Made by a program: the position numbers and the translations under genes | Notes under the pieces: generated by a model | Databases searched by the model: none | What the model saw: the letters and a program-made list of their open reading frames with translations, nothing else | What the model was told of the DNA's origin: nothing | Part shown: one piece after another, positions 14,251 to 23,416 of the stretch | Layout of the letters: every line of letters starts with the position of its first letter | How positions within the stretch are numbered: the stretch's first letter is position 1 | Origin: a virus | Lineage: Duplodnaviria > Caudoviricetes | Strand: one strand, 5' to 3' | Length of the DNA stretch: 31,973 bases | IMG/VR virus record: IMGVR_UViG_3300029179_000018 | Span: 1 to 31,973 of that record

Positions 14251-15666
14251 GTGGCCCGCATCGTAAACCCTAACCTACGTTTCCTTTGCCAGAATTTGGC
14301 CTACGACAGGCGCAGCGAACTACTACGGCAATATGAGGCAAAGAAAATAACCTTCGAAAACTTCAAAGAGATATGCGCGGCTGAAAAAATCCCTTCGGGC
14401 GTGTTACTTAAAGGGAGCTCCAGGTCGGGCAAGACTATTTCTTCCGTTGACTTCAAAACGTGGCTGTCCAGCGTGAAGGGCGAAAAGGCAACGGTTAACG
14501 TTATCCGGGAAACCTATAATTCGTTCAAAACATCGCTTTACAACGACTACAACAAGAGGTTGGGCGACTTCGGGCTGCTCAATCCATTTGAATCTCGCCA
14601 GGAGGTTTCATCATTCAAGATTTACGACCTCAAGATCAATCTGCTCGGAGCGGACAATGCCAACAAATTTCTTGGAGCCGGGTCGGATTACGTCTACTTC
14701 AACGAAATGCTGGACATACCCAAAGAGGTTGTAGACAATGCCATCATGCGGTGCCGAAAATTTTGGTGGGGAGACTTCAACCCAAAGTATGCTGATCACT
14801 ACGTGTTCAACAGCATCATGTCGCGGAAGGATGTCTACACGCTTACCACCACCTACAAGGACAATCCATTCATAAGCCCTAACGAGAGGGCTACCATTGA
14901 GGGCTATCAAACCGTTTCTTTCTCTGAAATTGCCATACACTTCGGCAGCAGGTCGGAAAGCGAATCGCAAAAAGCTCAGGCTATCAATAGGGCATACGAG
15001 TACAGCATTACCACCAACCCCATAAAATTCACAGAGTTTCAAATCAAAGAACTTGAACGCTGCAAGTATAACGAGGCCGTAGGCACAGCCAACGAATACA
15101 ATTGGTCGGTTTTCGGGCTTGGTAAGGAAATGGCCCCGGAAGGATTGATATTTCCTCATGTTGTTTGGGTTACTGAGATACCCGCCAACTGCGAGCGCAC
15201 TGGCTACGGGTTGGACTTTGGCTATACGGAATCGCCTTCGGTGCTGGTTGATTGGGGCATACTTGGAACCAACCTGTTTGCAAAAATATGTTTCTACCAG
15301 CCCACGCCATCACCCGATGATCTTGTGCCCCTACTCACCCGGCACGTTAAGCGAACCAATGAGGCTATTTGGGCGGATCCATCTGGCGAGGAAGGCGGTC
15401 GGGGCTTTATCAGCTACTTGCGCAGGAAGGGCTTTCAAGTTTACGGGGCTAACACTTACCCCGGCTCCCGCCAGTTCGGCATAGCGCTCTTGAAGAAGTA
15501 CAAACTCCACTTGGTAGACTGTAACCCGTGGCGCAAAGAGCAAATAGGATACACCAAGGCCACGGCCAAGGTAAACGGGGTTAAGGTGATACTGGATGCG
15601 CCCATAGACGGCAATGACCACGCATGGGATGCACTAAGGATTTCGGCTATAATGAATCATATATGA
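14251..15666 (+). CDS. terL: Terminase large subunit (PBSX-like)
   Basis: Walker A GSSRSGKT, Walker B YVYFNE, DFNP, TYKDNPF, and nuclease motifs GLDFG, WAD and NDHAWDALR. Confidence 0.95.
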   Translation: MARIVNPNLRFLCQNLAYDRRSELLRQYEAKKITFENFKEICAAEKIPSGVLLKGSSRSGKTISSVDFKTWLSSVKGEKATVNVIRETYNSFKTSLYNDYNKRLGDFGLLNPFESRQEVSSFKIYDLKINLLGADNANKFLGAGSDYVYFNEMLDIPKEVVDNAIMRCRKFWWGDFNPKYADHYVFNSIMSRKDVYTLTTTYKDNPFISPNERATIEGYQTVSFSEIAIHFGSRSESESQKAQAINRAYEYSITTNPIKFTEFQIKELERCKYNEAVGTANEYNWSVFGLGKEMAPEGLIFPHVVWVTEIPANCERTGYGLDFGYTESPSVLVDWGILGTNLFAKICFYQPTPSPDDLVPLLTRHVKRTNEAIWADPSGEEGGRGFISYLRRKGFQVYGANTYPGSRQFGIALLKKYKLHLVDCNPWRKEQIGYTKATAKVNGVKVILDAPIDGNDHAWDALRISAIMNHI

Positions 15667-15824
15667 CACTAATCACCATCAAGGAAGCAATTATTAATCA
15701 CCAGCTTTCGCGAAGCACGTTATACTACTGGATAAAAAAGGGATTTGTGTACAAGGACAAAAAGTGTTTCCGTTCCCGCGTTAGCGATGATGATGTCAGA
15801 CGGATGGTAAGGGAGAACCGATAA
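15663..15824 (+). CDS. Small Xis/MerR-type winged HTH protein (53 aa)
   Basis: LITIKEA....LSRSTLYYWIKKG; its ATG overlaps the TerL stop (ATGA). Confidence 0.8.
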   Translation: MTLITIKEAIINHQLSRSTLYYWIKKGFVYKDKKCFRSRVSDDDVRRMVRENR

Positions 15825-15830
15825 AAGCAG

Positions 15831-15858
15831 TTGTCCAACCTTGTCCAACCTTGTCCAA
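15831..15858 (+). repeat. 3x 10-bp tandem repeat TTGTCCAA(CC)
   Basis: TTGTCCAACC TTGTCCAACC TTGTCCAA in the gap between the HTH gene and the portal. Confidence 0.9.
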
Positions 15859-15911
15859 AAAATTAGCATAACCATATTCAGCTAATCCAATTTTGCGCCT
15901 ACCTGACCAGG

Positions 15912-17165
15912 ATGCGCGCTTATGATCAAGTAGTTAATTACTTCTCCAACCTGTGGACTGGCAAAAAGGTCAACGGCCAATGGTTCTACGTAGTCGGTCG
16001 TGATGCTGATACATTTAAAGAGATAGACTGCCTCAAAGCCTATCAGGAAATCCCCGAAGTTAACGCCCCAATCAACCTTAAAGCCCGGGCCTTCAGCAAC
16101 ATGAAACTGAAGGAGGTTAACAAAGAGGGTAACGAAGTATCTACAAAAGAAGGCCAGGCAGTAATCAAACTTTTATCAAACCCCAACTGGTTTCAGCAGG
16201 GCAAGGAGTTCCTTATTCATACCAAAGTACTCCGCGAAACATTCGGCAACGAATACGTCTACAAAACAACTCCTGTCGGGTTTGACGCGACATTAGATAG
16301 GGTTAAGGCGGTATACTCTATCCCGGCCAATATAGTCACGCCTAAATACGACAACAGCACTCCTTTTTTCTTCCAGACAGAGCGCCCCAAGGTAACCTAC
16401 AAAATCAAGCAGGCGTTTAAGGATGATTTACAGGTGGACTCAAAGTATGTTATCCACTTCAACGACAACCGGGTTTCAATTACTCACGCCACTGACAAAA
16501 ACCTGCTAAAAGGGGAAAGCAAGTTAGCGCCATTGGCTTGTGTGATCAACAACATCCGCATGGCGTACGAAAGCCGCGGAGTCATTCTGAAATATAGGGG
16601 GGCGAACGGTGCGTGGACAAATGCGGCAAAGGATAGCGTTGGGAATGCAGGTTTTATTAACCCGGATGAAAAGGACAAATTCCAAGAGGCATTCAGTCAA
16701 TATGGAACACTCAGAGGCCAACACCAAACCATAGTTACTAGCCTTCCGTTGGCCTGGCAACAGGCGGGTGTTAACAACCCTAAGAATCTTGGATTATACG
16801 AAGAAACCCAGGAAGGGTTCAATAAGATCATAGACTCATTTGGGATGCCTGCTGAAATGTTTGTGCGTGCGCAAGGCAGCACATTCGAAAATCAGAAGCA
16901 GGCTGAAAAGGGAATGTATGTACGCACCATTATCCCGGAAGCAAATGAGTGGATACTTGGCTTTGCGTCCGAGTTCATGGACACAAGTAAGACATCCATT
17001 GTATCGGATTACTTCCACCTACCGGTATTCCAAGAGGATTTGAAAAGCCGTGGCGATTCCATGACTACCGTAATAAACGCCCTGTCGAAAGCACTACAAG
17101 ATCAGGCGATAAGCCTTGAACAATATCAGGAAGAACTCAAAAAGTTTGGAATAAAATTTAATTGA
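15912..17165 (+). CDS. Portal protein (HK97-like)
   Basis: LLSNPNWFQ, FGNEYVY, GESKL, FGMPAEMF and STFENQKQA motifs; size and position fit. Confidence 0.92.
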   Translation: MRAYDQVVNYFSNLWTGKKVNGQWFYVVGRDADTFKEIDCLKAYQEIPEVNAPINLKARAFSNMKLKEVNKEGNEVSTKEGQAVIKLLSNPNWFQQGKEFLIHTKVLRETFGNEYVYKTTPVGFDATLDRVKAVYSIPANIVTPKYDNSTPFFFQTERPKVTYKIKQAFKDDLQVDSKYVIHFNDNRVSITHATDKNLLKGESKLAPLACVINNIRMAYESRGVILKYRGANGAWTNAAKDSVGNAGFINPDEKDKFQEAFSQYGTLRGQHQTIVTSLPLAWQQAGVNNPKNLGLYEETQEGFNKIIDSFGMPAEMFVRAQGSTFENQKQAEKGMYVRTIIPEANEWILGFASEFMDTSKTSIVSDYFHLPVFQEDLKSRGDSMTTVINALSKALQDQAISLEQYQEELKKFGIKFN

Positions 17166-17166
17166 T

Positions 17167-17433
17167 ATGGGAAAGAACAAGAATAAAAACAAGAGCCTTG
17201 CTCCTGAGCTAAAGGAAGAAAGTCCGGCTGTTGTTATACAACAACAATCAGAAGTTGATTCAGTGCCCGATCAAATCATCGAGGGTATTGAAACAAAGCA
17301 AGTACGGGCATCTAACCGCTATTCCGACATGCTAAAAGCTCGCCAGCAAAGCAGGCTTTCACCTGAAAAGATTGCGCAAATCAAGGCCGATAAACAAGCA
17401 GCCATTGAAGGCAACCAAATCGTACAGAAATGA
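17167..17433 (+). CDS. Hypothetical head-module protein
   Basis: Tightly coupled between the portal and the protease. Confidence 0.65.
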   Translation: MGKNKNKNKSLAPELKEESPAVVIQQQSEVDSVPDQIIEGIETKQVRASNRYSDMLKARQQSRLSPEKIAQIKADKQAAIEGNQIVQK

Positions 17434-18269
17434 AACCCTTGCAAATACCTGACTTTGCCGACAAATCACGCCTATATGATTGGCTGATTGAAAACAAGTC
17501 ATTGCTTATTGCGCAGAAGAAAAGCACAATCAAACATGCTGACGCGATTGCATGCGTGCCCTCTTTCGTTTCTGAAAAATCAGATGAGGTAACAATAAAG
17601 GCAGAGCAAATTCCGGCAGAGGCTACCAGATTAAAAGTCAGGTTTGTTGCAAACACCACTAAATTATTCGACTCACATGGTGATGTTCATATTGATCAGT
17701 TGTGGAATAAGTCAATCAAAGAGAACAAAGAAAACTTCCACGTAAAAGAGCATGCCTTCAATTTTGAGGGAGTAATCAGTGATAATGTCAAGGTATTTGT
17801 TAAACAAATGAACTGGCATGACATGGGCATCAATTACGAAGGCCAGACCCAAGCCCTGATTTACGATTCCATTATCGACAAGTCCGAAAACCCTTACATG
17901 TTTGAGAAATACCGGCTCGGCAAAGTCCGTCAACATTCAGTTGGCATGAGGTACGTAAAAATCGACATGGCAGTAAATGACGAGCGCTATGAGAAAGAGT
18001 TTGGCATTTGGGAAAAGTACTTTGACCTGATTGTAAATAAGGATGATGCACTGGCCACCGGGTATTTCTGGGCCGTTACGGAGGCCAAACACATCGAAGC
18101 AAGTTCGGTATTAAAAGGATCAAACTGGGCAACGCCCGTATTGAATACAGAGCAAACGAAAACGGAGCCGGTTGTCACCACTCCGCAAAAAACAGAGCCG
18201 GTAAAATCCACTCTGAAAGCAAGCGAGCTTATTAAATTTTATCAACCAATCAAACATTTATCAAAATGA
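17430..18269 (+). CDS. Prohead maturation protease (HK97-like)
   Basis: DSHGDVH, HVKEH, QHSVGM and EASSVLKGSN..TP motifs; precedes the capsid gene. Confidence 0.8.
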   Translation: MKPLQIPDFADKSRLYDWLIENKSLLIAQKKSTIKHADAIACVPSFVSEKSDEVTIKAEQIPAEATRLKVRFVANTTKLFDSHGDVHIDQLWNKSIKENKENFHVKEHAFNFEGVISDNVKVFVKQMNWHDMGINYEGQTQALIYDSIIDKSENPYMFEKYRLGKVRQHSVGMRYVKIDMAVNDERYEKEFGIWEKYFDLIVNKDDALATGYFWAVTEAKHIEASSVLKGSNWATPVLNTEQTKTEPVVTTPQKTEPVKSTLKASELIKFYQPIKHLSK

Positions 18270-19690
18270 AAAGAAAAGGATTTCGTATAAGTGAGATTAA
18301 ACTAATGCCTTCGCCAAAGATTCAAATTGGCGTCAGGTTTTTAGCGCTCGCTTTTGCATTGCTCACCCTAAATGGAGTGTTAGCAATGATTGCGCTGTGT
18401 GCGCCAATTTTTAATTCGGTGGCACCTAATTTAGGTATCACTCCAGAAGAGGATGAAATCAAAAAACTCTTTGATGACTTCTCCAAGAAGAACGGGGAAG
18501 CTATGGCAGAGGCTGCAAAGCAAGCGGTGGCCGCTGCCGCCAAAGGTTTTATCACTCCCGATCAATTCGGTGAGCAACTCGAAAAACAGGGCATCAACAA
18601 AAAAGCAATTGAAGAACTGACCAAGGCCGTTGAAACGCAAGGCTTGGAGTTACTCAAACTTACCGGAGGTGGGGAAGGCAAGAAAGCAGGTGTGCATGAA
18701 ATGGTAGAAAAGCATGCTGACGCCATTAAAAAACTGTCTGAATCAGATGGAGGCAAGGTTTCATTTAAGGTTAACAAAACCTTGCTTCAAAGGAGCGCGG
18801 TATCTAACAACACAATGGGCTATCGCGAGCCTGGCATCGGGGTGCTTCCTCACAAGGGCCTTGTTTTTGAAAACCTGTGGCCTACGATCACTCTATCTCC
18901 TGCCGACTTGGCCGCGAGTAATGGAGTGATTCGGTACATGGATCAACAGGCAAAAACCCGCAACGCTGCAACGGTAGCTGAAGCTGGAACAAAGCCTGAA
19001 ACTGCAATTACGTGGATTGAGCGCACAACGCCATTGCAGGTAATTGCCAATCATATCCCGGTAACAAAGCAATCATACCGTCACTTGTCATTCGTGGCTG
19101 GTGAGATTGATATGCTGGTTCGAGAGAATCTTGGTTTGACTCGCGATACACAACTCTATCGTGGTGATGGAGTATCGCCAAACATTCGCGGCATTCGCAC
19201 AGCAGCCCCCGCCATTGTATTGGCCAACCTGCCGAATAACGGTCAACTACAGGATGCAAACCTGTATGATCTTATCGCAAACCTTCGCGTGATGATTGCC
19301 ACCAACAAGCAGAGCAAATATGCTCCAAATGTTGTAACCATGAATCCCGCAGACGTACTGCGTTTCAAGCTAGCCAAAGGCCTTGATGGTCATTACATCC
19401 TTCCTCCGTTTGTTTCGGCTGATGGAATGAGGATTGACACTGTCACAGTTGTAGAATCGTCTGAGGTCGGAGCAAATGAGCTTCTCATCGGTGATTTCTC
19501 CAAAGGGTTGATTTACCGTGGCGAAGAAGTGACCATTACGATGGGCTTGATTGCTAATCAGTTCATCCAAAACCAGTGGACAATCCTGGCGGAAGAAGAA
19601 TTGGCATTGCGTATCCGCGATGTGGACGCTGACGGATACCTGTTTGTTTCTGACATCACCGCTGCCGTTGCAGCCTTAAACGTAGCATAA
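18266..19690 (+). CDS. Major capsid protein (HK97 fold, N-terminal scaffold/delta domain)
   Basis: AATVAEAGTKPE, GDGVSPNIRGI, MNPAD...K...GHYI and LIGDFS motifs; coiled-coil N-terminal region. Confidence 0.93.
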   Translation: MKRKGFRISEIKLMPSPKIQIGVRFLALAFALLTLNGVLAMIALCAPIFNSVAPNLGITPEEDEIKKLFDDFSKKNGEAMAEAAKQAVAAAAKGFITPDQFGEQLEKQGINKKAIEELTKAVETQGLELLKLTGGGEGKKAGVHEMVEKHADAIKKLSESDGGKVSFKVNKTLLQRSAVSNNTMGYREPGIGVLPHKGLVFENLWPTITLSPADLAASNGVIRYMDQQAKTRNAATVAEAGTKPETAITWIERTTPLQVIANHIPVTKQSYRHLSFVAGEIDMLVRENLGLTRDTQLYRGDGVSPNIRGIRTAAPAIVLANLPNNGQLQDANLYDLIANLRVMIATNKQSKYAPNVVTMNPADVLRFKLAKGLDGHYILPPFVSADGMRIDTVTVVESSEVGANELLIGDFSKGLIYRGEEVTITMGLIANQFIQNQWTILAEEELALRIRDVDADGYLFVSDITAAVAALNVA

Positions 19691-19692
19691 CC

Positions 19693-20133
19693 ATGAAAAC
19701 AAAATTTATTCTATTGCTGATCGGGTTGGTAGCCTTCCTGTCGGCAGATGCGCAAGTCGGTGATTTCTTTCAGCCTCTTGGAACAAACTTGAGGATTGAT
19801 ACCGTGACAAATACGGGCACCAGCTTTGTAACCACCCGCGTGCTGGCAGAAACACCAGCAAAGTCAACCGTTATCCAGGTAAATGTGACTAAGATTAGCG
19901 GAACAGTCGGGGGTACCATTTCGCTGTTGGGTTCGCTTGATGGGGTAAACTACAAGGCATTGGTTACAAACGAAAGCCAGACAGCACTTGCAACGATTAC
20001 GGCAGCAGACGCGACCACCTCTTATCATTGGCGGTTGACCGGAAGCCCTTATCGTTTCTATCGTGTTAGCTGGAGTGGCACCGGTACGATGTCGGCAAGT
20101 TTCTCAGCAATCTTTTACCGCAACAAAGAGTAA
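19693..20133 (+). CDS. Beta-sandwich protein with Sec signal peptide, in the capsid-decoration position
   Basis: MKTKFILLLIGLVAFLSADA|Q; LLGSLDGVNY and YRFYRV strands. Confidence 0.75.
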   Translation: MKTKFILLLIGLVAFLSADAQVGDFFQPLGTNLRIDTVTNTGTSFVTTRVLAETPAKSTVIQVNVTKISGTVGGTISLLGSLDGVNYKALVTNESQTALATITAADATTSYHWRLTGSPYRFYRVSWSGTGTMSASFSAIFYRNKE

Positions 20134-20138
20134 AGCCA

Positions 20139-20882
20139 ATGTTTGTAGCCCTAACGGATTTTGAGGTAAATCCCTACCTGATTCCATCGAAGCCAGAAAA
20201 CTCGAATGGGTTGACGGCTTTTATTGAATTAAAGGAAAGGGAGATACTTGAAAAAACGTTAGGGCTGCTTTTCTATCGTGCAATGGAGGCCGGGGTTAAC
20301 GCGCTTCCTGCAGAATGGTCATCGACAAACCCGGCAAATTATGACATAGGCGTTCAAGTCGTTTACGAAAAGGACATCTATCAATCAACGATTGCCGATA
20401 ACCCGAACGTGCCCAATACCTTAACGGGCTGGACAAAGCAGCCTGTTAACAGGTGGTTAAGGCTAAAGAAGGGTGACGTTTACACCAACGAAAGCAAGGA
20501 AAACGTGTGGGTAGGCATGAAGGAAATGCTTAAGCCATACTTACATGCCATGTACTTGCGCGATTATTCTACTTCGATAGTAGCTAATGGCTTGGTAAAG
20601 CATGTATCCGAAAACTCGGAACCCGCTAATCCTAATCAAAGGATAATGAGCGGCTACAATCGGTTTGCGGATTATGTTGGTGGCTGCGGATTCCGTGGCT
20701 ACTTCTGTGATGCGGACGTTCATTTTTGGGATGACTATTTTGAGGACTCCCTCTATGGATACCTGTATTACAACAACACCGCGTTCGATGCCGATGTAAA
20801 CACTAAGGGCTATTCTGATTTTCGGCACTATCTGGCTGAAAAGTTTTGCTTTCCGGGATACGTAAACACCATGAACCTATGA
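20139..20882 (+). CDS. Putative head-tail adaptor with an inserted CBM5/12-like module
   Basis: Position; helical FIELKEREILEKTLG; insert W....NYDIGVQVVYEKDIYQS...N.NVP....W. Confidence 0.65.
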   Translation: MFVALTDFEVNPYLIPSKPENSNGLTAFIELKEREILEKTLGLLFYRAMEAGVNALPAEWSSTNPANYDIGVQVVYEKDIYQSTIADNPNVPNTLTGWTKQPVNRWLRLKKGDVYTNESKENVWVGMKEMLKPYLHAMYLRDYSTSIVANGLVKHVSENSEPANPNQRIMSGYNRFADYVGGCGFRGYFCDADVHFWDDYFEDSLYGYLYYNNTAFDADVNTKGYSDFRHYLAEKFCFPGYVNTMNL

Positions 20883-21388
20883 TGCCGGTTGTCGAGGATA
20901 TGATCGGTGATGTAGTCGCTAAGATGAGGGCCTTGGTCAACAGCCAAACGCCCTACTATCAGTACGGCCATATCGCAGAGATCAGCGACATACTGAAGAA
21001 CATGGAGGGCGACCCGGTTAAGAAAAACCAAAAGTACCCGTTAGTCATACTCCGGTTGGATAATCCAGGAGAAGTAGAAGAAGAAATCGTAAAGTGGAAT
21101 TTGAATATCGTTATCTGTGCGTACACCAATAATGGATACCGCGCACCGGAGCGATTACAAAGTGTATTCAAGCCTGTTCTGTTCCCGCTTTACGACCGAT
21201 TCTTTGAAGCCCTGAATCTATCGAAACACTTTTTTTGGGAAGGCAACTACCCCAAGCACACAAAGATAGATCGATACTTCTGGGGGACCTCAACCGGGTT
21301 TCGTAATGCCAAGCAAATCTTTGACGACCCTATTGACGCGATAGAAATCATCAACTTAAAAATCAATTCACGAATCAAAACCTGTTAA
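20879..21388 (+). CDS. Putative tail terminator / head-tail joining protein
   Basis: ATGA overlap and KYPLVIL motif; precedes the tail tube gene. Confidence 0.65.
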   Translation: MMPVVEDMIGDVVAKMRALVNSQTPYYQYGHIAEISDILKNMEGDPVKKNQKYPLVILRLDNPGEVEEEIVKWNLNIVICAYTNNGYRAPERLQSVFKPVLFPLYDRFFEALNLSKHFFWEGNYPKHTKIDRYFWGTSTGFRNAKQIFDDPIDAIEIINLKINSRIKTC

Positions 21389-21394
21389 AACAAA

Positions 21395-22282
21395 ATGGCA
21401 GACTTATTATGTGACGATAAAAACGTCAAGAACATAGGGGTAAACAAGTGTAACAAGCTACCCCAGCAGCCGGTGCAGATCATTGAAACTAATGCTGACT
21501 TCCGGTTGACAGCAGCAGAAGCGGCCAGCCAATCGCTGATGAAAACCGCTTTTCAAAATGCAATCCGGGCCGGTAAGGCAACACGGGTTTACCTGTGGCC
21601 TCGCTTTTCTGGCTTTGAGAACGCCTCTACCGAAGCTACTTATGATGAAACAACACTTAGCAACATACTGGCCGATGCCGGTAAGTATGCGTTCCGTTTC
21701 CACATTGCCAAATCATTGTGCCTTCACAAGGCTATGTTTTCGCATAACGCAAGCGGTAAGCGGTATTTCATCCTTGATAAAGAGGAGCAGCTACTTGCAA
21801 CCGAGTTCTCGGATGGCAAGTTTGGCGGCTTACTTTCATCTTTATTGAACGTTGAGAAATTGATGTTCAACACGGGCAGTGAGGCGAGCAAGACACCGAT
21901 TTACCTGGTACTGGAGAACTACAAAGAGCTTGACGCTCGCGGTGCGCTTCTGGATGGCGCCTTTGTCGCTGAACTGTTCCCGTTAACTGATGTAGAGATT
22001 ACGCTATCAGCAGTTGCGGCCGGAACATTTACGGCTACCGTAAAGCAGAAATGCGACCAAACTCCGGTTTCTGGCCTTGTGCTTGCCGACTTCAATGTAC
22101 GCACAGCAGCAGGCGCAGCACAGCAACCAACAAGCGTAACTGAAACTCCGGCAGGCTCAGGCATCTATGTATGCCCTCGTAGCGGCAACTACGTAACGGG
22201 CACAGTTGATTTGGTGGCTGCCTCGGCTTTAAGCGTAATCGCTTACGAATCTGTTGGTCCAGTGACCTTAACGATTCCTTAA
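21395..22282 (+). CDS. Major tail tube protein with C-terminal Ig-like domain
   Basis: Position and size; Ala/Thr-rich beta C-terminal domain (PVSGL..ADF...SVTETPAGSGIY). Confidence 0.7.
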   Translation: MADLLCDDKNVKNIGVNKCNKLPQQPVQIIETNADFRLTAAEAASQSLMKTAFQNAIRAGKATRVYLWPRFSGFENASTEATYDETTLSNILADAGKYAFRFHIAKSLCLHKAMFSHNASGKRYFILDKEEQLLATEFSDGKFGGLLSSLLNVEKLMFNTGSEASKTPIYLVLENYKELDARGALLDGAFVAELFPLTDVEITLSAVAAGTFTATVKQKCDQTPVSGLVLADFNVRTAAGAAQQPTSVTETPAGSGIYVCPRSGNYVTGTVDLVAASALSVIAYESVGPVTLTIP

Positions 22283-22288
22283 ACAAAA

Positions 22289-22495
22289 ATGAACAAGTAC
22301 ATAGGCTTTCTTGCATTTGCCATAGCGGGCTATTTTTTTAATTCAGGAATAGTCTATGTACTTCTTTGGCTTTTTGGAATCAAATCGTTTGGGTTGGCTT
22401 GCGCTATTATGGCGGTGCTATTCTTTGTCGTGTTTATCGGTGGCGCAGTATACGGGTTCATTAAAGGTACGCTCACATGGTACTTCAAGCCTTAG
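22289..22495 (+). CDS. Small 2-TM membrane protein in the tail operon
   Basis: Almost entirely hydrophobic, 68 aa. Confidence 0.6.
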   Translation: MNKYIGFLAFAIAGYFFNSGIVYVLLWLFGIKSFGLACAIMAVLFFVVFIGGAVYGFIKGTLTWYFKP

Positions 22496-22899
22496 CAGAC
22501 GCAGGGAATCGGCTAAAATCGGTTGACTTGGTTGAGGCCAGTTTAGAAGCTGTTCGTGAAAATGAAGGCGCGCTAATTGAAATGAATCACGAGCAACTTG
22601 AAAATAGCATTGATCGCGATGGTGAGCCGCTTGGTGAGTATGCCAGCATTGAATACGCCAACAAGAAGGGCCGAATTGATGTAGACCTAAAGCTAACAGG
22701 TGCCTTCTATCGTGGATTTAATGTTAAAGCAGACGAGTTCCCGATCATGTTTGATTCATCGGATAGCAAAACAGAAGATTTGAAGCAAAAGTATGGCGAA
22801 GAAATATTTGGAACGACTAAAGGAAACACTGAGCGAGTGGCGCAAGAAATATGCCTACCCCGCTGCGAGCAAAAAATCCTTGACGCGCTACACATATGA
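22477..22899 (+). CDS. Putative tail completion / virion morphogenesis protein
   Basis: NHEQL...DG..L..Y, VDLKLTGAFY and KYGEEIFG motifs. Confidence 0.65.
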   Translation: MVLQALADAGNRLKSVDLVEASLEAVRENEGALIEMNHEQLENSIDRDGEPLGEYASIEYANKKGRIDVDLKLTGAFYRGFNVKADEFPIMFDSSDSKTEDLKQKYGEEIFGTTKGNTERVAQEICLPRCEQKILDALHI

Positions 22900-23416
22900 A
22901 ACCATACCACTAAAGGTCTATATCGAAATAGCCAACACTAAAAACTTAAGCCTTATCGGTGAGGGAAACGTAACAGAAGTTTGGGAAGAAATTGTAAGAA
23001 AGAACAGCGAAGCCAATCAGGATACCACATATGAAAACTATGTGTATAACTACAAACAGTATAACCGGTTTTATCGTGAATACCTGATTTTAAAAGCTGC
23101 CATTGTGGTGCTGATAGCCAAGGTAGACAAAGACTTAATTGAATACCTGGGCAAGATGGGGCACACGATTGATACCAGCAGCGAGGAGAGGTACGATGAA
23201 AGTTTGATAGCACTAGGCAAGAAGGCGGACAACCTGACAAGCAAGATCAAAACAAAGGCGAACGAGATAGTAATGATGGACGAAGAAAAAAAGGGACAGG
23301 GTTTTGAGGAAGTGATGGCGGTTTTGTGTTCATCAATGGGCTTTCATGTGCCAGATGACATCACCCTGGCCCGGTATAACGAATACAAAAAGATACTGAA
23401 GGCAAGGAAGAAATGA
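22880..23416 (+). CDS. Hypothetical protein preceding the tape measure (possible tail assembly chaperone)
   Basis: Helical ORF with a likely TTG start at 22880 (ATG 22793 would overlap the previous gene by 107 nt); ATGA overlap with the tape measure gene. Confidence 0.6.
   Translation: MTRYTYETIPLKVYIEIANTKNLSLIGEGNVTEVWEEIVRKNSEANQDTTYENYVYNYKQYNRFYREYLILKAAIVVLIAKVDKDLIEYLGKMGHTIDTSSEERYDESLIALGKKADNLTSKIKTKANEIVMMDEEKKGQGFEEVMAVLCSSMGFHVPDDITLARYNEYKKILKARKK

Noticed and set aside
14611-15159. 182-aa antisense ORF inside terL (and similar antisense ORFs in the portal, capsid, tape measure and tail genes)
   Set aside because: These are shadow frames of well-supported genes and show no recognisable motifs.
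13221-15860. CRISPR array at either tandem-repeat tract
   Set aside because: The units are only 10 bp with no spacers, and there are no cas genes.
22860-22900. Programmed -1 frameshift of tail chaperones at GCAAAAAAT
   Set aside because: The downstream ORF is in the +1 frame, there is no X XXY YYZ heptamer in phase, and a TTG start at 22880 explains it.
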